Source of the DNA: Eledone cirrhosa
Taxonomy: Eukaryota
Length of the DNA stretch: 64,000 bases
Direction of reading: 5' to 3'
NCBI GenBank assembly: GCA_964016885.1
Contig: OZ024761.1
Span: forward strand, 11,470,001 to 11,534,000
Position numbers and translations under genes: made by a program. Under the pieces are notes generated by a model. The model worked only from the letters and a program-made list of their open reading frames with translations. It did not search any database and was not told the DNA's origin. Positions 13,175-25,700 of the stretch are shown in pieces (within the stretch, counting starts at the first letter, position 1; each line of letters opens with the position of its first letter).

Positions 13175-13288
13175 CTCGTAGGGATGAAAGACAAAAGCTA
13201 ACCTTGGTGGGATTTGAAATGAGAACATAAAAGACTATGTCGCAAGAAATGGCATCTGACACTCTACCGATGTTGCCAATTCACTGCA

Positions 13289-16200
13289 TTAACCCAGAAT
13301 TCTCTCACCTTTTTCTGTTCAAACTGACCCCAACTGGCCCCTCATATTGACTTTAAGGTATTGTTCTCAAAATAAATAATATCAAAATCTCATAGATTCA
13401 ATATTATGTGAGATATTATGTAAGATAAGGTCTTTTACTGCAAATATACAATAGTATATATAGAGTAATGTAAATGTTATGTGAGATATTATGTAAGGTA
13501 AAGCCTTTACTGTGACAATACAATAGTATATATAGAGTAATGTAAATGTTATGTGAGATATTATGTGAGGTAAAGCCTTTACTGTGACAATACAATAGTA
13601 TATATAGAGTAATGTAAATGTTATGTGAGATATTATGTGAGGTAAAGCCTTTACTGTAAAAATACAATAGTATATATAGAGTAATGTAAATGTTATGTGA
13701 GATATTATGTGAGGTAAAGCCTTTACTGTGACAATACAATAGTATATATAGAGTAATGTAAATGTTATGTGAGATATTATGTGAGGTAAAGCCTTTACTG
13801 TAAAAATACAATAGTATATATAGAGTAATGTAAATGTTATGTGAGATATTATGTGAGGTAAAGCCTTTACTGCAAATATACAATAGTATATATAGAGTAA
13901 TGTAAATGTTATGTGAGATATTATGTAAGGTAAAGCCTTTACTGTGAAAATACAATAGTATATATAGAGTAATGTAAATGTTATGTGAGATATTATGTGA
14001 GGTAAAGCCTTTACTGTGAAAATACAATAGTATATATAGAGTAATGTAAATGTTATGTGAGATATTATGTGAGGTAAAGCCATTACTGTTAAAATACAAT
14101 AGTATAGAGTAATGTAAATGTTATGTGAGATATTATGTAAGGTAAAGCCTTTACTGTGAAAATACAATAGTATATATAGAGTAATGTAAATGTTATGTGA
14201 GATATTATGTGAGGTAAAGCCTTTACTGTGAAAATACAATAGTTTATATAGAGTAATGTAAATGTTATGTGAGATATTATGTGAGGTAAAGCCATTACTG
14301 TTAAAATACAATAGTATATATAGAGTAATGTAAATGTTATGTGAGATATTATGTGAGGTAAAGCCTTTACTGTGAAAATACAATAGTATATATAGAGTAA
14401 TGTAAATGTTATGTGAGGTATTATGTGAGGTAAAGCCTTTACTGTGAAAATACAATAGTATCATCATCATCATCATCATCATCAACGTTTAACGTCCGTG
14501 TTCCACGCTTGCATGGGTTTGGACGGGGGTAGTCCCACTTGAGGCAAGAGTGATTGTCTTGCTCGCATAGGACTGTCTGGCAGGTTTTCTACAGTTGGAT
14601 GCCCTTTCTAACACCAACCACATTTACAGTGTGGGTCTGGGAGGTTTTTACCGTGTTGCCTACACGGCCACATTACAGCGTGGACTGTGTGTTTTTTTGT
14701 CGTGACACCTACACGATCTCATTTGTTTCGGCCTCGATGGCGCGGCACCAACATAACTTTACATAGAACGGGGTGGTGTGGATGGGGTGGGGGTGGTGGT
14801 GGTGGGACGGGGTGTATTTTGTTAGAGATGCCTACTGGCTGGAGTAGGTTTTACTATATATTTAGGTAAGGCGGGTCTTCTCTGTTACTGAGTACCGCCA
14901 AAGGTCTCGGTCCAGTGACATTGTCTTGGAGAGGTGTAAGTGTGTGATGTCGGAGTTTATCAGCTCGTCATATAGAGTAATGTAAATGTTATGTGAGATA
15001 TTATGTGAGGTAAAGCCTTTACTGTGAAAATACAATAGTATATATAGAGTAATGTAAATGTTATGTGAGATATTATGTGAGGTAAAGCCTTTACTGTGAA
15101 AATACAATAGTATATATAGAGTAATGTAAATGTTATGTGAGATATTATGTGAGGTAAAGCCATTACTGTTAAAATACAATAGTATATATAGAGTAATGTA
15201 AATGTTATGTGAGATATTATGTGAGGTAAAGCCTTTACTGTGAAAATACAATAGTATATATAGAGTAATGTAAATGTTATGTGAGGTATTATGTGAGGTA
15301 AAGCCTTTACTGTGAAAATACAATAGTATATATAGAGTAATGTAAATGTTATGTGAGATATTATGTGAGGTAAAGCCATTACTGTTAAAATACAATAGTA
15401 TATATAGAGTAATGTAAATGTTATGTGAGATATTATGTGAGGTAAAGCCTTTACTGTGAAAATACAATAGTATATATAGAGTAATATAAATGTTATGTGA
15501 GATATTATGTGAGGTAAAGCCTTTACTGTGAAAATACAATAGTATATATAGAGTAATGTAAATGTTATGTGAGATATGTGAGGTAAAGCCTTTACTGTGA
15601 AAATACAATAGTATATATAGAGTAATGTAAATGCTATGTGAGGTATTATGTGAGGTAAAGCCTTTACTGTGAAAATACAATAGTATATATAGAGTAATGT
15701 AAATGTTATGTGAGGTATTATGTGAGGTAAAGCCTTTACTGTGAAAATACAATAGTATATAGAGAGTAATGTAAATGTTATGTGAGATATTATGTGAGGT
15801 AAAGCCTTTACTGTGAAAATATAACAGTATATATAGAGTAATGTAAATGTTATGTAAGGTAAAGCCTTTACTGTGAAAATACAATAGTATATAGAGAGTA
15901 ATGTAGATGTTATGTGAGATATTATGTGAGGTAAAGCCTTTACTGTGAAAATACAATAGTATATATAGAGTAATGTAAATGTTATGTGAGATATTATGTG
16001 AGGTAAAGTCGTTACTGTGAAAATACAATAGTATATATAGAGTAATGTAAATGTTATGTGAGATATTATGTTAGGTAAAGTCTTTACTGTGAAAATACAA
16101 TAGTATATATAGAGTAATGTAAATGTTATGTGAGGTAAAGCCTTTACTATGAAAATACAATAGTATATATAGAGTAATGTAAATGTTATGTGAGATATTA

Positions 16201-16612
16201 TGTGAGGTAAAGCCTTTACTGTGAAAATACAATAGTATATATAGAGTAATGTAAATGTTATGTGAGGTAAAGACTTTACTGTGAAAATACAATAGTATAT
16301 ATAGAGTAATGTAAATGTTATGTGAGGTAAAGCCTTTACTATGAAAATACAATAGTATATATAGAGTAATGTAAATGTTATGTGAGATATTATGTGAGGT
16401 AAAGCCTTTACTGTGAAAATACAATAGTATATATAGAGTAATGTAAATGTTATGTGAGATATTATGTGAGGTAAAGCCTTTACTGTGAAAATACAATAGT
16501 ATATATAGAGTAATGTAAATGTTATGTGAGATATTATGTGAGGTAAAGCCTTTACTGTGAAAATACAATAGTATATATAGAGTAATGTAAATGAGTTAAT
16601 GTAAATGGGTTC
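13289..16612 (+). repeat. piggyBac-type MITE internally expanded into a 72-bp tandem array (60-bp variants distally)
   Basis: MITE left part ttaacccagaattctctcacc…aaaatctcatagattc, then ~37 copies of the subterminal segment, ending aatgtaaatgggttca. Confidence 0.9.
14462..14969 (-). mobile_element. ~500-bp 5'-truncated copy of the young RTE inserted into the 72-bp array
   Basis: Nearly identical to 6582-7091, with only a few differences by eye. Confidence 0.95.
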
Positions 16613-18220
16613 AGCAAGATACTTTCTTTTATATTGCTCCAGTCCACTCAGTTGGTAAAAACAAGTTGTTAGGTGGTAGTGGTGGTGGTGGTGGTAGTAG
16701 TAGTAGTAGTGGCAGTAGTAGTAGTGGTGGTAGTGTTAAAAGTTGAAACTGCTAATGACAGAGGAAAGTTGTGAGAACTGCCAGGAAACTTCCTGGTTGT
16801 CACATGTTTAGTTTGAACAATTTGAACACCTATTTATTGATTTCCTCTCAGCCAGTATTAATCTCATTGATTAACACAACACTATATTATATAACATTGG
16901 TGGTGATGCTGGTGGTATGGTGGTGGTGGTGGTATGGTATAGTGGTGGTGATGATGATGATATATTGTTGTTGTTGTGTTGTTATTTTTTTTAAAGCTGA
17001 TAATTAAAGAAGCAAATAAATAGTAAAAGTAAAATACAAATAAAAAAAAAACTAAAACCCTGAAAATAATTGCAACTGAATATCACCTGATGATGATGAT
17101 GGTTACTACAGTGGTGTGTTGGTGGTGTTTAAGGGTTTTATATAGTCTCTCAATAATGGGGGTTTGTATAGGGAAACCCTGACAAATGATAATAAAAGAC
17201 AGATCATAGATCTGAAGAAGTTTATTTATTCACTCTCTGACGATAGCTTATCTGACTTTAATAGAAAATGTTCCTAGTCCAGGTAGCGTCCCCTTTTCAA
17301 GTGGTGCCATGCCATACCATACCCTAAATATATCTCTGGTTCTACACCGAGGTATTACATGTGGTGTCCAACATATCATGGTAAAGTCACACTACCAACA
17401 AAGTTATGGTGACCTGCCTGACTTGAGTTTTATTGAAAGTTCCATCCCATTACTTGACTCCTGCTGGTCGTGTTTCCTGACATGATGAACCTGTCGGAAA
17501 ACAACATCTCTGGTGATCAGATGCAAAGAACTGTGTAGGACATCCAAACATAACCATGAGTACTCTGTTGGCAAAGGATACAAGCCTCACTGATGGGAAC
17601 TTTGTGCATACTTCACCTTCACTGGATTGATTACCCAAGAAGATGAAGAAGAGTTAAGTCCCTCAGTAATATTTGTATCACGAAGGACAACGCGGTATGA
17701 TTGTTTTTGTTGCCTCTAACTGTATTGCAGTATTTTTGGTGGTCTTATTCATACCAGTTGCCTATCGAGCATGTGGTTAGAATCTAGAAAGAATTGCTGG
17801 ACATATTTTATGAGCAAAACCAACCAGCAGGAGACCCAAGGGTAGACCCCTAAGCAAAATGGTTGGGGGAGCCAGCCAGATCAATTGGAGACAGTTGTTT
17901 CTGATAGGATCTGTTGGAAGGAGTGTTTGGGGTTTCTGCCCCCTACAGCCCTCCCAGGAATAATTGGGCAAAGAAGAAGTGTCATGAACTATCATGTTTA
18001 AGTCCCTCACTAATATTTAGGGTTTATATCACGAAAAAGAAAAGGTTTGGAGACCATTTAGTATATCCCCAGGTCAGTCCTGATCAAGTAGACTCCTACG
18101 GTACCTATGGAGCCAGATAAACAATTAAGTTATGCCCCACAGATTTGTATATTTGTTTCTCCTCCAATACCAGTGGAAGAAAGCTCTGTACACAATAATT
18201 TCATTATTATTATTTAAGAG

Positions 18221-18412
18221 GGCGGTGGATTGGCAGTATCGGTAGAGGATCGGACACCATGCTTTGATGCATGGAGTTACGGCCCTTGCCATTCTGAGTT
18301 CAAATCCCGCCGAGGTTAACTTTGCCTTTCATCCTTACAGGGTCGATAAAATAAAGTACCAGTAATGCACTGGGATAATTGCTGGCCTTGTGCCAAAAGT
18401 AGAAACAATTAT
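18221..18412 (+). mobile_element. tRNA-derived SINE (Meta-domain-like core)
   Basis: gagttcaaatccc B box; core tttgcctttcatccttacagggtcgataaaataaagtacc; tatttaagag on both sides (TSD). Confidence 0.85.
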
Positions 18413-18689
18413 TTAAGAGGAAGACTGAAGAGGACCAAGGGCTGAAGTGGTGAGACTTGGGCCTATACCTTATCTCTGTCTAACTAAGGACCATTCAGTC
18501 CCCTTTCTCCCTTTCCAACATTAATGAATCATCAGAGACGACATAGTGCCAGGCTTGATATGTTACATTCTCTCCACTGTTCAGTCTATTTCTGTATGTC
18601 CACAAATTATGGTGGTAGCTACACCAGAGGTGACCCCAGTGGACACTACTGAAGCATGACACTTGCTCTTACCTTGCAATTATCGCTGG

Positions 18690-19380
18690 GATCTAATGAA
18701 GATATTGATTTATTTAGGGGCTAATGAAGCCATTAATATATTGAGGAGCTAACGAGGTTATTAACATATTTAGAAGCTAACGATGCTATTAATATATTTA
18801 GGAGCTAATAAGGCTAATTTATTTAGAAGCTAACGAGGCTAATATATTTGGAAGTTAATGAAGATATTAATATATCTAGGGGCTAATGACATTAATATAT
18901 TTAGGGGCTAATGACAATATATTTAGGGGCTAATGACTATATTTAGGGGCTAATGGCATTAATATATTTAGGGACTAATGCCAATATATTTAGAGACTAA
19001 TGACAATATATTTAGGGGCTAATGACAATATATTTAGGGACTAATGACAATATATTTAGAGACTAATGGCAATATATTTAGGGGCTAATGACAATATATC
19101 TAGGGGCTAATGACAATATATTTAGGGGCTAATGACAATATATCTAGGGGCTAATGACAATATATTTAGGGGCTAATGGCATTAATATATTTAGGGGCTA
19201 ATGACAATATATCTAGGGGCTAATGACAATATATCTAGGGGCTAATGACAATATATTTAGGGGCTAATGACAATATATCTAGGGGCTAATGACAATATTT
19301 AGGGGCTGATGACAATATATTTAGGGGCTAATGACAATATATTTAGTGTCTAATGACAATATTTAGGGGCTAATGACACA
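18690..19380. repeat. 21-26-bp minisatellite (aatatatttaggggctaatgac); related 28-bp repeats at 19620-19730
   Basis: Directly visible; degenerate on the left, homogeneous on the right. Confidence 0.9.
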
Positions 19381-19734
19381 GCTATTAAAGTCTTCACAGA
19401 GCTAGTCAGTTCTCAAGCAGGGTTACTGACCTCTCAGATGGGACAAGGGCTTCTTACATCTCACATATGACCCTGTACTTTACCTTGTGCATTTTATTGT
19501 AACCCCAGCACGAGAGAGGTTGTCTTTGTCAGGGCTGAGGATAGTGTCCTTCCTATCACCAACCCATCGTACAGGGTGTACTGGGTGCATTTTATTGTGA
19601 CCCCAGCACTAGAGAGGCAGGTTATTAATGTTTGAATGCTAACGAGGTTATTAATATATTTGGGAGCTAACGAGGTTATTAATATCTTTGGGTGCTAACG
19701 AGGTTATTAATATATTTGGGTGCTAATGAGGTTG

Positions 19735-22700
19735 TGGAATGTGGTGTGGTCTGTGTACAACCTGTTGGTATGTGGTGTGGTGTGTGTACAACCTGTGTTG
19801 GTATATGGTGTGGTGTGTACAACCTGTGTTGGTATGTGGTGTGGTGTGTACAACCTGTGTTGGTATGTGGTGTGTACAACCTGTTGGTATGTGGTGTGGT
19901 GTGTGTACAACCTGTGTTGGTATGTGGTGTGGTGTGTGTACAACCTGTGTTGGTATGTGGTGTGGTCTGTGTACAACCTGTGTTGGTATGTGGTGTGGTG
20001 TGTACAACCTGTGTTGGTATGTGGTGTGGTGTGTACAACCTGTGTTGGTATGTGGTGTGGTGTGTACAACCTGTGTTGGAATGTGGTGTGGTGTGTACAG
20101 CCTGTGTTGGTATGTGGTGTGGTGTGTACAACCTGTGTTGGTATGTGGTGTGGTGTGTACAACCTGTGTTGGAATGTGGTGTGGTGTGTACAACCTGTGT
20201 TGGAATGTGGTGTGGTGTGTGTACAACCTGTGTTGGTATGTGGTGTGGTGTGTACAACCTGTGTTGGAATGTGGTGTGGTGTGTACAACCTGTGTTGGAA
20301 TGTGGTGTGGTGTGTGTACAACCTGTGTTGGTATGTGGTGTGGTGTGTACAACCTGTGTTGGAATGTGGTGTGGTGTGTACAACCTGTGTTGGTATGTGG
20401 TGTGGTCTGTGTACAACCTGTGTTGGTATGTGGTGTGGTCTGTGTACAACCTGTGTTGGTATGTGGTGTGGTGTGTACAACCTGTGTTGGTATGTGGTGT
20501 GGTGTGTACAACCTGTGTTGGAATGTGGTGTGGTGTGTACAACCTGTGTTGGTATATGGTGTGGTGTGTACAACCTGTGTTGGAATGTGGTGTGGTGTGT
20601 ACAACCTGTGTTGGTATGTGGTGTGGTGTGTGTACAACCTGTGTTGGTATGTGGTGTGGTGTGTACAACCTGTGTTGGTATGTGGTGTGGTGTGTACAAC
20701 CTGTGTTGGTATGTGGTGTGGTGTGTACAACCTGTGTTGGTATGTGGTGTGGTGTGTACAACCTGTGTTGGTATGTGGTGTGGTGTGTACAACCTGTGTT
20801 GGAATGTGGTGTGGTGTGTACAACCTGTGTTGGTATGTGGTGTGGTGTGTACAACCTGTGTTGGTATGTGGTGTGGTGTGTACAACCTGTGTTGGAATGT
20901 GGTGTGGTGTGTACAACCTGTGTTGGAATGTGGTGTGGTGTGTGTACAACCTGTGTTGGTATGTGGTGTGGTCTGTGTACAACCTGTGTTGGTATGTGGT
21001 GTGGTGTGTACAACCTGTGTTGGTATGTGGTGTGGTGTGTACAACCTGTGTTGGTATGTGGTGTGGTGTGTACAACCTGTGTTGGTATGTGGTGTGGTGT
21101 GTACAACCTGTGTTGGTATGTGGTGTGGTGTGTGTACAACCTGTGTTGGAATGTGGTGTGGTGTGTACAACCTGTGTTGGAATGTGGTGTGGTGTGTGTA
21201 CAACCTGTGTTGGTATGTGGTGTGGTGTGTACAACCTGTGTTGGAATGTGGTGTGGTGTGTACAACCTGTGTTGGAATGTGGTGTGGTGTGTGTACAACC
21301 TGTGTTGGTATGTGGTGTGGTGTGTACAACCTGTGTTGGTATGTGGTGTGGTGTGTACAACCTGTGTTGGTATGTGGTGTGGTGTGTGTACAACCTGTGT
21401 TGGAATGTGGTGTGGTGTGTACAACCTGTGTTGGAATGTGGTGTGTGTACAACCTGTGTTGGTATGTGGTGTGGTGTGTACAACCTGTGTTGGAATGTGG
21501 TGTGGTGTGTACAACCTGTGTTGGTATGTGGTGTGGTCTGTGTACAACCTGTGTTGGTATGTGGTGTGGTGTGTGTACAACCTGTGTTGGTATGTGGTGT
21601 GGTGTGTACAACCTGTGTTGGTATGTGGTGTGGTGTGTACAACCTGTGTTGGAATGTGGTGTGGTGTGTACAACCTGTGTTGGTATGTGATGTGGTGTGT
21701 ACAACCTGTGTTGGTATGTGGTGTGGTCTGTGTACAACCTGTGTTGGTATGTGGTGTGGTGTGTACAACCTGTGTTGGTATGTGGTGTGGTGTGTACAAC
21801 CTGTGTTGGTATGTGGTGTGGTCTGTGTACAACCTGTGTTGGTATGTGGTGTGGTGTGTACAACCTGTGTTGGTATGTGGTGTGGTGTGTACAACCTGTG
21901 TTGGTATGTGGTGTAGTGTATACAACCTGTGTTGGTATGTGGTGTGGTGTGTGTACAACCTGTGTTGGAATGTGGTGTGGTGTGTACAACCTGTGTTGGA
22001 ATGTGGTGTGGTGTGTGTACAACCTGTGTTGGTATGTGGTGTGGTGTGTACAACCTGTGTTGGAATGTGGTGTGGTGTGTACAACCTGTGTTGGTATGTG
22101 GTGTGGTCTGTGTACAACCTGTGTTGGTATGTGGTGTGGTCTGTGTACAACCTGTGTTGGTATGTGGTGTGGTGTGTACAACCTGTGTTGGTATGTGGTG
22201 TGGTGTGTACAACCTGTGTTGGAATGTGGTGTGGTGTGTACAACCTGTGTTGGTATGTGATGTGGTGTGTACAACCTGTGTTGGTATGTGGTGTGGTGTG
22301 TACAACCTGTGTTGGTATGTGGTGTGGTGTGTACAACCTGTGTTGGTATGTGGTGTAGTGTATACAACCTGTGTTGGTATGTGGTGTGGTGTGTGTACAA
22401 CCTGTGTTGGTATGTGGTGTGGTGTGTACAACCTGTGTTGGTATGTGGTGTAGTGTGTACAACCTGTGTTGGTATGTGGTGTGGTGTGTACAACCTGTGT
22501 TGGTATGTGGTGTGGTGTGTACAACTTGTGTTGGTATGTGGTGTGTACAACCTGTGTTGGTATGTGGTGTAGTGTGTACAACCTGTGTTGGTATGTGGTG
22601 TAGTGTGTACAACCTGTGTTGGAATGTGGTGTAGTGTGTACAACCTGTGTTGGTATGTGGTGTGGTGTGTACAACCTGTGTTGGTATGTGGTGTGGTGTG

Positions 22701-25700
22701 TACAACCTGTGTTGGAATGTGGTGTGGTGTGTACAACCTGTGTTGGTATGTGGTGTGGTGTGTACAACCTGTGTTGGAATGTGGTGTGGTGTGTACAACC
22801 TGTGTTGGTATGTGGTGTAGTGTGTACAACCTGTGTTGGTATGTGGTGTGGTGTGTACAACCTGTGTTGGTATGTGGTGTGGTGTGTACAACTTGTGTTG
22901 GTATGTGGTGTGTACAACCTGTGTTGGTATGTGGTGTAGTGTGTACAACCTGTGTTGGTATGTGGTGTAGTGTGTACAACCTGTGTTGGAATGTGGTGTA
23001 GTGTGTACAACCTGTGTTGGAATGTGGTGTGGTGTGTGTACAACCTGTGTTGGTATGTGGTGTAGTGTGTACAACCTGTGTTGGTATGTGGTGTGTACAA
23101 CCTGTGTTGGTATGTGGTGTGGTGTGTACAACCTGTGTTGGAATGTGGTGTGGTGTGTACAACCTGTGTTGGAATGTGGTGTGGTGTGTACAACCTGTGT
23201 TGGTATGTGGTGTGGTGTGTACAACCTGTGTTGGAATGTGGTGTGGTGTGTACAACCTGTGTTGGTATGTGGTGTAGTGTGTACAACCTGTGTTGGAATG
23301 TGGTGTGGTGTGTACAACCTGTGTTGGAATGTGGTGTGGTGTGTACAACCTGTGTTGGAATGTGGTGTGGTGTGTACAACCTGTGTTGGTATGTGGTGTG
23401 GTGTGTACAACCTGTGTTGGAATGTGGTGTGGTGTGTACAACCTGTGTTGGTATGTGGTGTGGTGTGTACAACCTGTGTTGGAATGTGGTGTGGTGTGTA
23501 CAACCTGTGTTGGAATGTGGTGTGGTGTGTACAACCTATGTTGGTATGTGGTGTGGTGTGTACAACCTGTGTTGGTATGTGGTGTAGTGTGTACAACCTG
23601 TGTTGGTATGTGGTGTATTGTGTACAACCTGTGTTGGTATGTGGTGTAGTGTGTACAACCTGTGTTGGTATGTGGTGTAGTGTGTACAACCTGTGTTGGA
23701 ATGTGGTGTAGTGTGTACAACCTGTGTTGGAATGTGGTGTGGTGTGTGTACAACCTGTGTTGGTATGTGGTGTAGTGTGTACAACCTGTGTTTGTATGTG
23801 GTGTGTACAACCTGTGTTGGTATGTGGTGTGGTGTGTACAACCTGTGTTGGAATGTGGTGTGGTGTGTACAACCTGTGTTGGAATGTGGTGTGGTGTGTA
23901 CAACCTGTGTTGGTATGTGGTGTGGTGTGTACAACCTGTGTTGGAATGTGGTGTGGTGTGTACAACCTGTGTTGGTATGTGGTGTAGTGTGTACAACCTG
24001 TGTTGGAATGTGGTGTGGTGTGTACAACCTGTGTTGGAATGTGGTGTGGTGTGTACAACCTGTGTTGGAATGTGGTGTGGTGTGTACAACCTGTGTTGGT
24101 ATGTGGTGTGGTGTGTACAACCTGTGTTGGAATGTGGTGTGGTGTGTACAACCTGTGTTGGTATGTGGTGTGGTGTGTACAACCTGTGTTGGAATGTGGT
24201 GTGGTGTGTACAACCTGTGTTGGAATGTGGTGTGGTGTGTACAACCTGTGTTGGTATGTGGTGTGGTGTGTACAACCTGTGTTGGTATGTGGTGTGGTGT
24301 GTACAACCTGTGTTGGTATGTGGTGTGGTGTGTACAACCTGTGTTGGAATGTGGTGTGGTGTGTGTACAACCTGTGTTGGTATGTGGTGTAGTGTGTACA
24401 ACCTGTGTTGGTATGTGGTGTAGTGTGTACAACCTGTGTTGGTATGTGGTGTGGTGTGTACAACCTGTGTTGGTATGTGGTGTGGTGTGTACGATCTGTG
24501 TTGGTATGTGGTGTGGTGTGTGTACAACCTGTGTTGGTATGTGGTGTGGTGTGTACAACCTGTGTTGGTATGTGGTGTGGTCTGTGTACAACCTGTGTTG
24601 GTATGTGGTGTGGTGTGTACAACCTGTGTTGGAATGTGGTGTGGTGTGTACAACCTGTGTTGGTATGTGGTGTGGTGTGTACAACCTGTGTTGGTATGTG
24701 GTGTGGTGTGTACAACCTGTGTTGGTATGTGGTGTGGTGTGTACAACCTGTGTTGGAATGTGGTGTGGTGTGTACAACCTGTGTTGGAATGTGGTGTGGT
24801 GTGTACAACCTGTGTTGGAATGTGGTGTGGTGTGTACAACCTGTGTTGGAATGTGGTGTGGTGTGTACAACCTGTGTTGGAATGTGGTATGGTGTGTACA
24901 ACCTGTGTTGGTATGTGGTGTGGTGTGTACAACCTGTGTTGGTATGTGGTGTGGTGTGTGTACAACCTGTGTTGGTATGTGGTGTGGTGTGTACAACCTG
25001 TGTTGGTATGTGGTGTGGTGTGTGTACAACCTGTGTTGGTATGTGATGTGGTGTGTACAACCTGTGTTGGTATGTGGTGTTTGTGTGTACAACCTGTGTT
25101 GGTATGTGGTGTGGTCTGTGTACAACCTGTGTTGGTATGTGGTGTGGTGTGTGTACAACCTGTGTTGGTATGTGGTGTGGTGTGTGTACAACCTGTGTTG
25201 GAATGTGGTGTGGTGTGTACAACCTGTGTTGGAATGTGGTGTGGTGTGTGTACAACCTGTGTTGGAATGTGGTGTGGTGTGTACAACCTGTGTTGGTATG
25301 TGGTGTGGTGTGTGTACAACCTGTGTTGGAATGTGGTGTGGTGTGTACAACCTGTGTTGGTATGTGATGTGGTGTGTACAACCTGTGTTGGTATGTGGTG
25401 TGGTGTGTGTACAACCTGTGTTGGTATGTGGTGTGGTGTGTACAACCTGTGTTGGTATGTGGTGTGGTGTGTACAACCTGTGTTGGTATGTGGTGTGGTG
25501 TGTACAACCTGTGTTGGTATGTGGTGTGGTGTGTACAACCTGTGTTGGAATGTGGTGTGGTGTGTGTACAACCTGTGTTGGTATGTGGTGTAGTGTGTAC
25601 AACCTGTGTTGGTATGTGGTGTAGTGTGTACAACCTGTGTTGGTATGTGGTGTGGTGTGTACAACCTGTGTTGGTATGTGGTGTGGTGTGTACGATCTGT

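Noticed and set aside
13382-16568. HNISHNIYITLY-repeat ORFs, one fused to the RTE C-terminus
   Set aside because: Translation of the MITE-derived 72-bp array; the fusion is a chance frame at the LINE insertion.
17230-17780. Complex, possibly once-coding sequence
   Set aside because: No recognisable motif or consistent frame; probably an old TE relic that I cannot assign.
18690-19380. TTAGGG-containing repeat as interstitial telomere
   Set aside because: Only one TTAGGGG per 21-26-bp unit, not (TTAGGG)n.
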